From the NCBI GenBank assembly GCA_965644265.1, contig OZ286477.1:26846001-26910000 (forward strand): DNA of 64,000 bases, given 5' to 3'. The notes beneath the pieces are model-generated. The model saw only the letters and a program-made list of their open reading frames with translations, did no database searches and was not told where the DNA came from. A program made the translations under genes and the position numbers. The stretch comes from Glycera tridactyla. Taxonomy: Eukaryota. Positions 26,791 to 39,375 of the stretch are shown here, in pieces; the first letter of the stretch is position 1, and each line of letters opens with the position of its first letter.

Positions 26791-28149
26791 CTGAATGAAA
26801 CACACGGAGTTCAAGGGCCATGACCTTTGGTCCTCACTTTTATGACCGCACCCAATGTTTTGATAATTTGAACCAGATATAAACAGTTGTCATTAGGGCC
26901 TCTTTGAGGAAAAAGTACTATCCATCTGTGGGGCCAACCAAGGAAGCCCAAGATCAAGACTGATCACATTCAATCGCCTAAGATCACAGCTCAGAAGCAC
27001 TGGGATAGCTTGAAAAGATTCGGAACTCCCCAGTGTTACTATTACCCATTTGAGGGTTCAACCGACTCCCTATCCATGGTTGACTTGTGGTTCTCTCGCT
27101 TGCATGTATGTATATGTGTATGCTGAGGAAGGATTCGAAAAAAAAATCATGGGAGCGTCAACATGATATGATTTTCCTAATCAAGTATACACATACACAA
27201 ATATAAAATATACAATAACGATCATCATCTGTAGGATATCGAGATTATATATACAAATGACAATTTCATATGAAAAGAAAACGAGTAATTAGTGACGGAA
27301 GGATTTACAGAATGAGAATATTTATTCTTGTGGCTGGTCTATGGTCACTTGTTATAGTACCACCTGTAGCCTTAAGGAGATGGTTTCCAAAGTCCAAATA
27401 GGCAGTAAAGAATTAGATAGTGGCTACCACTAAATTCGTACCAACCAATGCCACCGCAAACATTACTTGAAACGGATATCACTATGGTTTTGGGTAGCAA
27501 CAGTTCTTTACAACCCGAAATTCTTACATTATGTGCAGGACCAATAATTGTACCTATTATTCCACTGCAAATAATGGCACCGCTATTATTTGTGTTAATC
27601 AGAGGTTGTATTTTCGGGTTTCAGGCATATGTCGTATGCAAATACGAAAGACACTTTTGGGTGGTCCCTGAATATCTTGGTATCTAAGAATTTTACCTGA
27701 GCACTCAGCTCTCAGAGATACGTACACAGTATGCATAAAACTTCCAGCTGGTTCTGGTTCAATCACGGGTTACACCAATACTACTGCAAGTACACCAATC
27801 ATCATCGCACACATCCGCAAAAACCACCAGCATCAACACAGTCGAAAGCTGGCATCACAGGCAGATATCACCCAGTATTGATTTATACCCTGTGTATTGA
27901 ATAGGGCATATGACAACGAGAGTGGAGGAGGTCGTGTTGAGGTCTCTGCATAGTCAGGGCCTGCGAACTACCGTTAGGTTCGTGATGGCATCTGAATTAG
28001 CAAGATAAATACCCGAAAACATCGATATTGCTTATCGAAAGAAACTTTGCCAATTTCCGGTGGCCGATGAATTCCGAGAATTCCCGAGAGAGGACGGAAA
28101 CTTCCGATGATCATTGGCTTCGTGTCCCTTTTATGTAGCACTGACCATC

Positions 28150-28451
28150 GTTATCTAGCCACTTAACGTTGACTTATGTTGAGTCCTGCAAGAAATAATA
28201 CGGCTAAATGAGCATGAGAATAAGCTGAGCGTATACATTTCAATCCAGGTAACTCTCAGCAGGTACAGACTTTTCCTGGGTGAAAAAATGCGATGCTGTG
28301 ATGGATGGAATGTCGAGAGCATCGTCACCGTCAACAATTAAGTCGTCGTTGTAGTCGTCGTCGTCGTCGTCGTTAGCTAGCCACTTAACGTTGACTTATG
28401 TCGAGTCCTGCAAGAGATAATACGGCTAAATGTGCCTGAGAATAAGCTGAG
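28150..28451. repeat. 80-bp direct duplication (28150-28229 and 28372-28451)
   Basis: gtta.ctagccacttaacgttgacttatgt.gagtcctgcaaga.ataatacggctaaatg.gc.tgagaataagctgag, 5 mismatches. Confidence 0.95.
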
Positions 28452-29800
28452 TCGTCGTCTTCATCGTCGTTGTCATCGTAATCGTAATCCTCATCAGCAG
28501 CATCAGCATCACCATCAACATCAATCTTATCATTATCAACATCACTCTNNNNNNNNNNNNNNNNNNNNNNNNNNNNNNNNNNNNNNNNNNNNNNNNNNNN
28601 NNNNNNNNNNNNNNNNNNNNNNNNNNNNNNNNNNNNNNNNNNNNNNNNNNNNNNNNNNNNNNNNNNNNNNNNNNNNNNNNNNNNNNNNNNNNNNNNNNNN
28701 NNNNNNNNNNNNNNNNNNNNNNNNNNNNNNNNNNNNNNNNNNNNNNNNNNNNNNNNNNNNNNNNNNNNNNNNNNNNNNNNNNNNNNNNNNNNNNNNNNNN
28801 NNNNNNNNNNNNNNNNNNNNNNNNNNNNNNNNNNNNNNNNNNNNNNNNNNNNNNNNNNNNNNNNNNNNNNNNNNNNNNNNNNNNNNNNNNNNNNNNNNNN
28901 NNNNNNNNNNNNNNNNNNNNNNNNNNNNNNNNNNNNNNNNNNNNNNNNNNNNNNNNNNNNNNNNNNNNNNNNNNNNNAGCATCAGTTTATTTTCTCACCT
29001 CCAACAATAATGAATATATTACCGGCATTTATGAGCATGAGAAAAGCGATATAAGATATTGACTTTTCCTTGCTTTTTGTTTGTTTAAAGACAATCACGT
29101 AGACACAGTTCATTTCGAGATGTGCACCATAGCTGATGAATTCATCACATCTTCCTTCTCGAAGATGTTTTCTAAACATCCGGCCAAGGCTATAGCAGAA
29201 ATTACACCTTGAGTGCATGTGAATTTCATAAATGTCATCATCATCATGTTGAGATTTTCCTCGAGAGAAGTTGAAAGTAACTAAAGTAGTAAAGCATGAT
29301 GAATATGGTGCACTCTTGAATATATCCATGACATCTACCTCTGCATCTTGCATAGTTTATGGTGTCATCTTTGATCATCGAAATAAGATTATTGCCATAG
29401 CACTGGCCCCTCACATATTCGTCCTACTGCCTATCATCCTCTTTGTTTTTGATCATCATCACCATCATCCTGATCATCTTCATCCTGATCATCCTCATCC
29501 TCATCCTTATCGTCATCCTCATCGTNNNNNNNNNNNNNNNNNNNNNNNNNNNNNNNNNNNNNNNNNNNNNNNNNNNNNNNNNNNNNNNNNNNNNNNNNNN
29601 NNNNNNNNNNNNNNNNNNNNNNNNNNNNNNNNNNNNNNNNNNNNNNNNNNNNNNNNNNNNNNNNNNNNNNNNNNNNNNNNNNNNNNNNNNNNNNNNNNNN
29701 NNNNNNNNNNNNNNNNNNNNNNNNNNNNNNNNNNNNNNNNNNNNNNNNNNNNNNNNNNNNNNNNNNNNNNNNNNNNNNNNNNNNNNNNNNNNAAATCATA
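28340..29800. repeat. (GTC)n and (CAT)n microsatellite blocks flanking N-gaps 28549-28977 and 29526-29792
   Basis: gtcgtcgtcgtc, catcagcatcaccatc, catcctcatcctcat next to the gaps. Confidence 0.85.
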
Positions 29801-30996
29801 GCAAGTATGAATATATCATCCACCCATCAATGGAAACTTTGAGGAGCCTTCTTCCACTGAGGTCCGAGGGCGAATGGTGACTAAGAAAGGGAATCACTAT
29901 TGTGGGCAGGTGTCCATCTAGTGACATATTTTAAAGTAATGTAGGACAGGGTGAACGCCTATCTGGACTATATCCTATTCTGGTTCAGACAAGTAAACAT
30001 ATCTGTCCTCACTGGGAACACAGTACAATCATAGGTGCACAATTTCACCAAACCAATTTTCGACCTATCGCACCCCTATCCAGCGAAACAGTGGCAGTTT
30101 GCAGGAGCCAAACCTGTCAGGCCTCGACGTTGTTTCTGGACTCGACACTGACAGCAGTCGAACTAACAACTATAAAAACCGACAAACGAAAAGAAAGATG
30201 CTGGCGTAAAACTTTCTCTCCATTGTTTCATTAGACATATCGACTGAGGTCCAAGTCCACCAATTTCATATGAATATAAAAACCTCCCGATGACGTCGTG
30301 TCAATAGGTTTTATATACTATGATCGAAAAAACAAAATAGTCCACATGCTTGTTTTCACTGTCATATTGTGACTATTGATCACACTTGTATTGTGACCCC
30401 TTCACTAAGTGATCATATACCTCCTGGTATGCATCATAATATGTGGCAGAATAACTCCACTTGCAACAGAAAATGTATCTAGTAGAGTCACTTACAGAGA
30501 ATCCATGGTTACACCACCATCGTCGTCAATGTCGGACTAAGACGTTGATGAACATATCGGGCTTATTGGCTGTAAGAGCCGATTGGCATGGCACATTCTA
30601 GCAACAAGTCCGAATCAACCCAGACTACTACTATCACAGTGGTGGTAATGATAACACTACCCGAACCTATCCATTCTTATATACAAACTGCTTTTGTGTT
30701 CCAATTCATCAATCCGAGTTATACGCCGCTCATGTCTTTCTTGTGATTACTTATACATTAAGTCAGATTATTACCGTGAAATTTGATTATGGAAAGGAGC
30801 AGACCGCCACAGTCTATACTTTATGCCAGATTATCCCACCTTTCACCACCTCATACACAGGGCAATCTGATTAAAATGCAAATTGCCTCCAAGGCTTGTG
30901 GCCTCTGAGGAGCAGGGATCCTCGAGAGTCTGACAATTTATACACTGAAGACGTTCATCCACTTCTTCAAAGCTTTGGGAGAGGTTACTTTTATTT

Positions 30997-31082
30997 GTTT
31001 GCAAAGTGGATGCCAAATAGGGGTGGTAGCTTAATTGGTTTGCAAAGTGGATGCCAAATAGGGGTGGTAGCTTAATTGGTTT
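30997..31082. repeat. Perfect 41-bp tandem duplication
   Basis: gtttgcaaagtggatgccaaataggggtggtagcttaattg x2. Confidence 0.95.
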
Positions 31083-31775
31083 GTGTGTTGAAACACCTTC
31101 ATCATTATTACTTCAATGAATTAATGAGCCACCCTGTGGTACATACATCGGGTGAGATCTTTTTCTTGATTGTTGTACTTGTTACGGAGGAGGGGGGGTG
31201 TCAAACATGTTTCACCCCTGTTTTTCTTCTGCATTTCACATTCTTTTTAACTTGTCATTGGCAATTGGATTTGATTCATATCATATTCTTATTTGGTGTG
31301 TGTTCACTGAATATGTAATTTAAGGGCAATGTATGGTCATTAACATATTTTCATTCATTGAATTGGTGCAAAATGCTGATGAACCACAGTACATCGCGTC
31401 ACAAATCGCATCGCGAATGCCGCATGTTCATCTCTCCGCGTAATCATCACACTTCGGGATTCTGGAAAGTTGGCGTCTCTGAGCAGTGTTCATCGAAATG
31501 ATCTCAAAGGAGGTTCGCATAGAGTTTGCTCTCAGCAGATATCGTTAGTTTTCACAGAGAGGGTACAGTCACACCAGTTTCTAGGTGTCTAGGGCTGGAC
31601 CTGCGTTGATCTGAAAGTTGAGTCATGCACGCATCAGACATTACTGTAAAGCTGGTTTGATATAATCTTGTTGCTGCTGAACATTATTGGTGATCTTCTC
31701 CGAAGTTTGCGGTATGAAATGACGAATCTTCGAATCAAATCCATTTCCCTGTTTTTTTGCATTATGCTTTTCCAG

Positions 31776-31803
31776 AATGCTTCGCCATCGGGCCACATGC
31801 CAG
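31776..31803 (+). CDS. Candidate 28-nt microexon, e.g. (E)CFAIGPHA
   Basis: Strong acceptor gtttttttgcattatgcttttccAG, donor CAG|GTACGA; all three frames open. Confidence 0.3.
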
Positions 31804-34631
31804 GTACGATGGTAGTTAAACCAGGGAAAAGTTATATTGGGGAATCTGATAACTGATGTATGAAGAGTCAGCTACAATCAACTGAAAACTTTCAGTTTCA
31901 AAGCATCCCAATTGTGTTCAGGGTGTGAAAGAGTGATTTTAGCAGGGGACATGTCTCGCTCTAAACGTACGAAACACTTATGGCTGATGGACGTCATTTA
32001 GAACCTATCAAGCAACCGAAAGGCTTCAAATAATGCTGGGAGCAATACTCTGCTCTCTCTGAGAATGAGAAGCATGCATCCAGAGACCATTTTCGAGAGC
32101 CTCAATGTGCTTTATCAAACGGCACATCTATCCGAGTAATAGCGGATACGCATTCATTTTGGCTACTCAACTGCTTCAAATGTCCAGCTTCATAACTTCT
32201 TCACTTCAGTCAAATCTCAGTACCATTAGGATTGAGGCAGATGTTTTCTCAAAGTGAACAGCTAGAGTAACTACAAGTATCAATTGTAATACCTGGATCT
32301 TTAGACCCTGCAACCAACTCGACAAATTAAGTTAGTCAGGCGACCCATGCAAAGCATGGGGATAGAATTCGCTTTAATCACGACTCATTTGTTCAAATTC
32401 CAAGCTCATTTGAAGCCATCACAGAGCGGAAGTTGCAAACTATTCCAATTATCTGATCTGAGTTTGAAAAGACTGAATACTTTCATTACCCTGTCTGACT
32501 GGAGCCTGAGAGCAAACCTACAGGTGCCATATACATCCCATTTCTCCTCTCATCCGAGGATAAACCTCATTCGAAGATAAACCTACATTCTCACCTGCCT
32601 AATGTTTGCATGATCAAACCCATCGATTGGTGAGGTCTTACAACTCAAACTTTGATAGTTCTCCTACGGACTTTCAAATTCATTACAGGATATTTCATCT
32701 CATTTTCCACCTAGTACATGGCGACTGGGATATCAAAGGCCAGTTGTGTGTATGTGAGTTGGTACCTGTATGCACAATGAAGAGTCCCTGCTGTCTTTTG
32801 TAAAGGGTAGGACCTTCAACAGACAGAATAAACTGATCTCATACTTCACATATGACCTTTGAGCAAATTCAATAAGGTATATCAATTTATCACGAAATTA
32901 CTTCATCCCACAATGTGTGAATAAAACACAATACTTAAAGCTACTGAAATAAGTTTTTGAGTGAGAGATGATGAAAGAAACATTTGGAGGGTTGCCGGTG
33001 AGGATACAATGGGTGAGGTTCTTGTAACTGAAGCGATCCAGATCTACAAGTATATGATGCGGTGTTAGTCCATGCAAGCATGACGTTCGATCACCCTGAA
33101 CTCAAGAATATGCAGCCAGAAATTCGAACTGAGACAGCAGTGGAGAAGAACACTGAAGCTTGAAATATTGCTCACGATTAGGCACATCACTAAAGTCAAT
33201 GTAATCAATGAGGAGCGGGGATCACTTAACAATTCCAACCAATTATCAACTCAAAGCAACTTTCGATTTCCCATCAATACAAGAACAATTGTTAGTTCAT
33301 CCCGAATTAGTACATCACTGTTTAGTACGCTTCTGATATAACAGACCAACAGAAACCTAGTTCATTCAAATAGTGGGTTATTGACAGTCAGTTTGGAATA
33401 AGGGATAAAAGGGTGTGGAGGAATTCAGAGTTCATGTGCAGGAGGTCAGCGTCCATATGGGAAAGCATTTAGAAATTTGATTTGCCAACCATCTCTTGAT
33501 AAGTTATAGCACTACACTGAATGTTAATCTACTTAAATATTGAAAGAGGAGGTAGTGGAAGTCACTATCGAAGTCGGTGAAGAGAGTTTGCGGGCAAAAG
33601 ACGTGCGTAATGAGTCAACATCCATATGGAAAAATTGCGTGCATATTCAATTACCACCTATCCCCATATTCCAGCTCAAGAAAAAGAATTGACTCGAATG
33701 GCATGGCACCATGAACACTGACTTGAATCTTGTTATTTGTTCACTTTGCATCCCACGAATGCTACTCTACACTGCTACGAACAGGTCTGAGAATATACTC
33801 ATCTCGATCATGATGGTGATGGGTGTTGGAGGGGGATGTTTATGGCGGTTCTCCCACCTCAACCAGGCATGATGACCTTGTATCTATATATATGGTGCTG
33901 ACGTTGGGTTAAACTCGAACCAACCAACCAACCAACCAACCTATTCTACCTGCAACAAACTAGGGGGAGGCTAAGATTTCATTAGAGAGAACTGGCAAGG
34001 GACGTATCCAATATGGCGGTTCTCAGGTCCCTGGAAGGTCACACTTGTTTGGCGGAAGGTGCCATCAAATCAGAAAGCCATTGGGTGGTGAGCCCAGTAT
34101 TCAGTGCGTATATAGAAGCCATCTATATTGATTATATGGATCAAGCAGCGACAATGACATAGAGGACCCACCAGCTAGCAGCCATTGCTCATTCTAATCA
34201 ACAGGCTTTCTTACAAACACCCAACTGCTAGATTTATCTTGCTTGAACGCCGCTCTTTTACCAGCTTGCCGCAAATTCACCATTACCTGATGACTGACTA
34301 CTACCTACACATAGTCCTTATTTCCTACTTTTGATCCTGGCATTGGTCATCAACAGACTAGATGAATGATAGAAAACCCAAAGTTTTTTCTAGTCCCAAA
34401 AAGGTCGCGATTAGATGGCATACATCATCCAAGGGTGATGATAATGGTGATGGTTTTGATGATGTAGATGATAGATGATGATGGTCTTGCCCGTGGCGTG
34501 GTGTTATATGCAGTACTGGTTCAAAGCTGTCGTCGACTTAGTGGTATTGATGGTTGTGTGGTAGTTGAAGTGGTGCGGCTTTCGTTGATGTTGGTGATGG
34601 TGGTGTTGTGATGGGAGACGTATTTCTGGTG

Positions 34632-35215
34632 GTGAGAGTTTATGGTTCGTACCAGTCCTATGCATTCTGTATGTGATGCATCTGTAATGACTTATCATTG
34701 GTTGGGGTGGTCTTGCTTTTCATTGATGGTTGTGATGGTGTTGTGATGGTAGTCGTTTGTCTGGTTGGTGAGAGTTTATTGCTTGGACCAGTCCGAAACA
34801 TTCTGTATCTGATGCATCTGTAATGACTTATGGAGGTCTTGCCTCTCATTGATGGTGGTGAAGGTGATGTGATGGTTGTTGGTTGTTCGGTGGGTGAGAG
34901 TTTATGGTTCGTACCAGTCCCATGCATTCTCTATGTGATGCATCTGTAATGACTTATCGATGGTTGTTGCGGTCTTGCTTTTCATCGATGGTGATGATGG
35001 TGTTATGGAGTTAGTCGTTTGATTGGTGGGTGAGAGTTCATGGCGCGTAGCAGTCCTAAGCGCCCTGTATGTGTTTGATCTATATTGACCTATCGATGGT
35101 TGTGGTGGTCTGGCTTTTCGTTGATGGTGGTGATGGTAGTTGTTTGTTTGGTGAGTGAGAGTTTATGTTCCGAAGCATTTTGAATGCGATGGATCCGATA
35201 TAACCTACCAATGGC
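34632..35215. repeat. Minisatellite of ~4.5 units (136, 126, 136, 125 bp and a partial unit)
   Basis: Unit start gtgagagtt(t/c)at at 34632, 34768, 34894, 35030 and 35155; shared core gatgcatctgtaatgacttat in units 1-3. Confidence 0.9.
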
Positions 35216-38200
35216 ATATTCAATTATGTAACTGGCTCGACATTATCAGAGCATGTGCCCATCGATAATCGGTTTGTATGTTTGCATAGCCAAGGGAAGG
35301 AGAAGCAACGTGATATGCTTTCCTTCTCACACCTGTGAGGTAGCCCAGCTATAAATCACTATCAACCGTCTCAAGCGATATGTATCGGGTGACCTTCACT
35401 CAAATTGATCACTCTTTCAAGTCTGAATCTAATAGATGAGCAGTTTGAGGCAATTATATGCTATTTATCTCTTCTTTCGAGTTCCCCCTCACATCTGTTT
35501 TATTGCTTTCACTTTATCTGATTTCATACATGTAATATCCATGTATTTATTGCCTTACTCCTTCATTTGCCTGTATAACTGTCGGTTTGCCTGCATGTCT
35601 GCCTATCCATCTCTTTTACGGCCTTCCTGACTGTCTGTCTGTCCGTCTGTATCTGTCATTCAGTCGAGAATCTCCTCCTTTTGTTATCTGTCTTGAGATT
35701 GAGATTGAGATTGAGAGACGTTTTTCGAAAATACCACGAAACACTACATCAATATACAATGCCAGTTATTAGTGATGTCCGTGGTACAGTACTAAAATGT
35801 ACTCACGGTTGCCATAGAGACAGGGACCAACAAACAGGGTCTGTATGTATGTCTGTCCGTCTGTATGGTTATCCGTCTGTCTGTCGGTCTCCCTGTCTGT
35901 CATTCCGTCCGTCTGTGACTCTCACCATAGATATGTCATCACCCTGTCACTTGAACCTCTCTCCGCTGCGTCCTCTCTGTCCATCTGAAAGAGTTTTCTC
36001 TCTTCACCTGCTCTTGTCTTAACGACTGTGAAAATGTTGGCCTTGTTGGTTGCAGTCAATGTGGTACACAAGAGCATACTCTATCCAAGCTAAACAGCAT
36101 TATCGAACTATAGGTGTACGATGGGAAGTATAGAGAATGGACCAACTATCCTACCAACCATGCCCAAGTCATCCCTGGTTTTTTTTTTCATTCTCAAAGC
36201 AGATTTAACAAAAAATAATCAGTGGCACGTACATGACACTCGAAGCGTACAATGATTATTGCACTTCATCACGTAGAATGGTTGAACATTATTCCACATC
36301 TATGCACACCTGGTGCATGTATATGCATTGATATACCTGCACATTGTGATCCATCATGCATACTGCATTGACAACTGCTAATTTTTCCTTGAACCGTGAT
36401 GTTCAACGTGTTGTTCACATTCTAATTAAAGTGGATCACCCCTGGTATATACAACAATGATTCGAACAAAACAGTGTTCATGACAGACAGTATCATGTAT
36501 CGTGATATATCGGGATATTGGCGCAGATGTTTTCAAGTCCGAGGCTCTAGGCACGTGACCCTTTGATGTCCATAATGAATATCTTCTCCATGTACATGAC
36601 CTTGCAGATCGTATCAAACCGTCTTTCATCCTTCACATCATGAAGCCACTCGTGCTATCAAGGGATTATCCACTTATCTATTCTTGGAATACGTCAGATG
36701 ACCTGAAAAGACAGAAAATGCAAAAATGAACGTAGAGATTATTTCGGTGACATGAAAGCAATCATTTTGTCACTATTACCACAAATCATGTGATTGCTGA
36801 AACCCGAATCCTGGAATCGGAGAATAAGTTCAAAATCATGTGTCTTTTATACAAATATTGGTGTTTTTTCAGATCTGTAGAAAGAAAAAAAGAAAATCAG
36901 TGAATTCACTGAGAAGTGCTCAGCTATCAGTCCTATTGAAATCTGAAATCGACATCTGTAATGAAACCAATGAAGGAAACATCATATTTGAATGGCGAAA
37001 ATTACTTTGCCAAAGTCATTCCAATATGTTCCGCTGGCATATACAAACATCCGCGCACATCGACGAATGATGTATGTACTAAAATTATGCAAATATTCTG
37101 ATATGTCACATTCATGAATGATGTGTCTCTTTTTCTCTGTACCACACTTATCCAACAGTCAGAAATATGTGTTCAGATAAAGTTCGGATCTAGGTGTCAA
37201 ATCTGTTCTGAGCAAGAGCCTGTTTGTATGGATGCATATTCGATTGTACAGATTGGCACAGATCTTCAAACATAACTAACATGACACTAGCTAGTTAGGA
37301 GGAAGGAGCGAAGATGGAAAAGCAAATGCAAACAAGTATAAACTAAGAAAATCTACGATTGCAAAAGGCCAATTTGGGCACTTAAAAATTGCTCACGGGC
37401 GGTTCGATGAAGAAACGATAGTGAATCCATGAAGTATATACCTTGTTATACATGTAATTCCAGGGAACGGCTATCTGTTTCTCCCTCCTCAATGGTGACA
37501 GGTGGTTTTATTCAGGTGGTTTCATTCATCCACCCCCGGTGACAAAGAGCATGTCCGAGAGTCACACCGTACCCAAATGCAGGATCTGATAACACATAAC
37601 CCATGGATACATATAAAAATGTCCTACATCCTGGCTATGGCGATGACTGAGCAGCATCTCTGCAAGAGTACACCCATTACGAAAGATATATAAACATGCC
37701 CCAATGGAACTTCAAACTAAGATATACACTCGAGCTTCAGATTCTTGAAAGTGATTTGCATATTGATCACACATTCCAGCTGTATGGCTACTGCCTGTGG
37801 CTAGTCGTCTTTGACAGGCAACGAGAATATTTCATTGATTTCTTTTTCCTCTTCACCTTCGGCGAGAGCATTAGTTGCCTAGGCGACACTCGGAGGAACG
37901 GTAATTGCTAAAGTTATCTTCTGATGGAGAAGTAACTTTTACGTGTTGGACATAAGGCATCATAGGTGGAGAAGACACTCAGCAGAAGCGAATGAATACA
38001 CCTTGCCAACCTCAAAATGGTGGTATGCGGAAAGCAAGCTTTCTTTTGATTTGGACTGAACAAAAATAGTCTTCTTCTCAGCAGCCATAACACAGAAGTG
38101 ATGTCACCTACCGACCCCGTAATTGGTATTCACATTGTTACTATTTTTATTCAAATAATCCATCATGTGTTTCCCCTTTGATGCTATTGGCAATCGGCAA

Positions 38201-38629
38201 AACACCTTCTTGTCCATATTCCTGACCTGACTTTTGAATGAGATGTCTATGACACTGACTGCTTCTATATTGCGTAGAACTTCGATTGCACCATGCTCTC
38301 CACCAACATGACTGTCAACANNNNNNNNNNNNNNNNNNNNNNNNNNNNNNNNNNNNNNNNNNNNNNNNNNNNNNNNNNNNNNNNNNNNNNNNNNNNNNNN
38401 NNNNNNNNNNNNNNNNNNNNNNNNNNNNNNNNNNNNNNNNNNNNNNNNNNNNNNNNNNNNNNNNNNNNNNNNNNNNNNNNNNNNNNNNNNNNNNNNNNNN
38501 NNNNNNNNNNNNNNNNNNNNNNNNNNNNNNNNNNNNNNNNNNNNNNNNNNNNNNNNNNNNNNNNNNNNNNNNNNNNNNNNNNNNNNNNNNNNNNNNNNNN
38601 NNNNNNNNNNNNNNNNTAAATTTCATCAT

Positions 38630-39375
38630 TAGGCTGTGCCTACCTACCTACCTGCCTACCTACCTGCCTGCCTACCTGTCTACCTACTTAGCTGCATACC
38701 GAGCTCCCCACCGAGCTTTCTGGTGACCTACCTACCTACCTACCCACCTACCCACCTACCCACCTACATACCTACCTACCTACCCACCTACCTAAATATC
38801 TAACTAATTAACTAACTAACTAGCCGATTGACTGACTGGCTAACTAACACACTGACTAACTGACTAACCAACTAACTGACTACCTAACCATCCACCTACC
38901 TACCTCTCTTGATTGTCAAACAGTCCATTTGCTCCCATTCAAACCACCTGACTACCTGACTACTTATCATTCCATCGGCCTACCTACCGAGTCATCTACC
39001 TTAACATCCAATCACTTTTATACCCATCCAGTTACTTAACTTTTCACCTTTGACCTGCCTACCAACTGTGCGAGCCTCTCTCCACCCCCTCCTCTCTCTC
39101 TCGTCCTCCTTACCTATTTACCTACCTACCCACATACATGCCTATCTACCTAACCAACTACCTACCTACCTACCCACCTACCTACTTTGCTACGCACGCA
39201 CGTACCTGCCTGCCTGCCTACCTGCCTGTCTGCCTGCCTGCCTGCCTACTTACCTACCTACCCATATATCTATCACCTACCTGCCTTCGCACCTACCTCC
39301 CTGCCTACCCTCTCACTTCTACCCACATGCCTACGTGTCAACCTACCTATCAACACACCAACCAAGAAGCCTACC
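38630..39375. repeat. (ACCT/GCCT/AACT)n tetranucleotide region after N-gap 38321-38616
   Basis: tacctacctacctgcctacc, taactaactaac; explains the PTYL and PACL ORFs. Confidence 0.9.

Noticed and set aside
31361-31445. ELVQNADE resembling the sacsin ELIQNADD motif
   Set aside because: Short frame, no acceptor, no other sacsin motif
28150-35215. Repeat-spacer-like patterns as a possible CRISPR array
   Set aside because: Only two 80-bp copies, or long degenerate units without unique spacers; eukaryotic context and no cas genes
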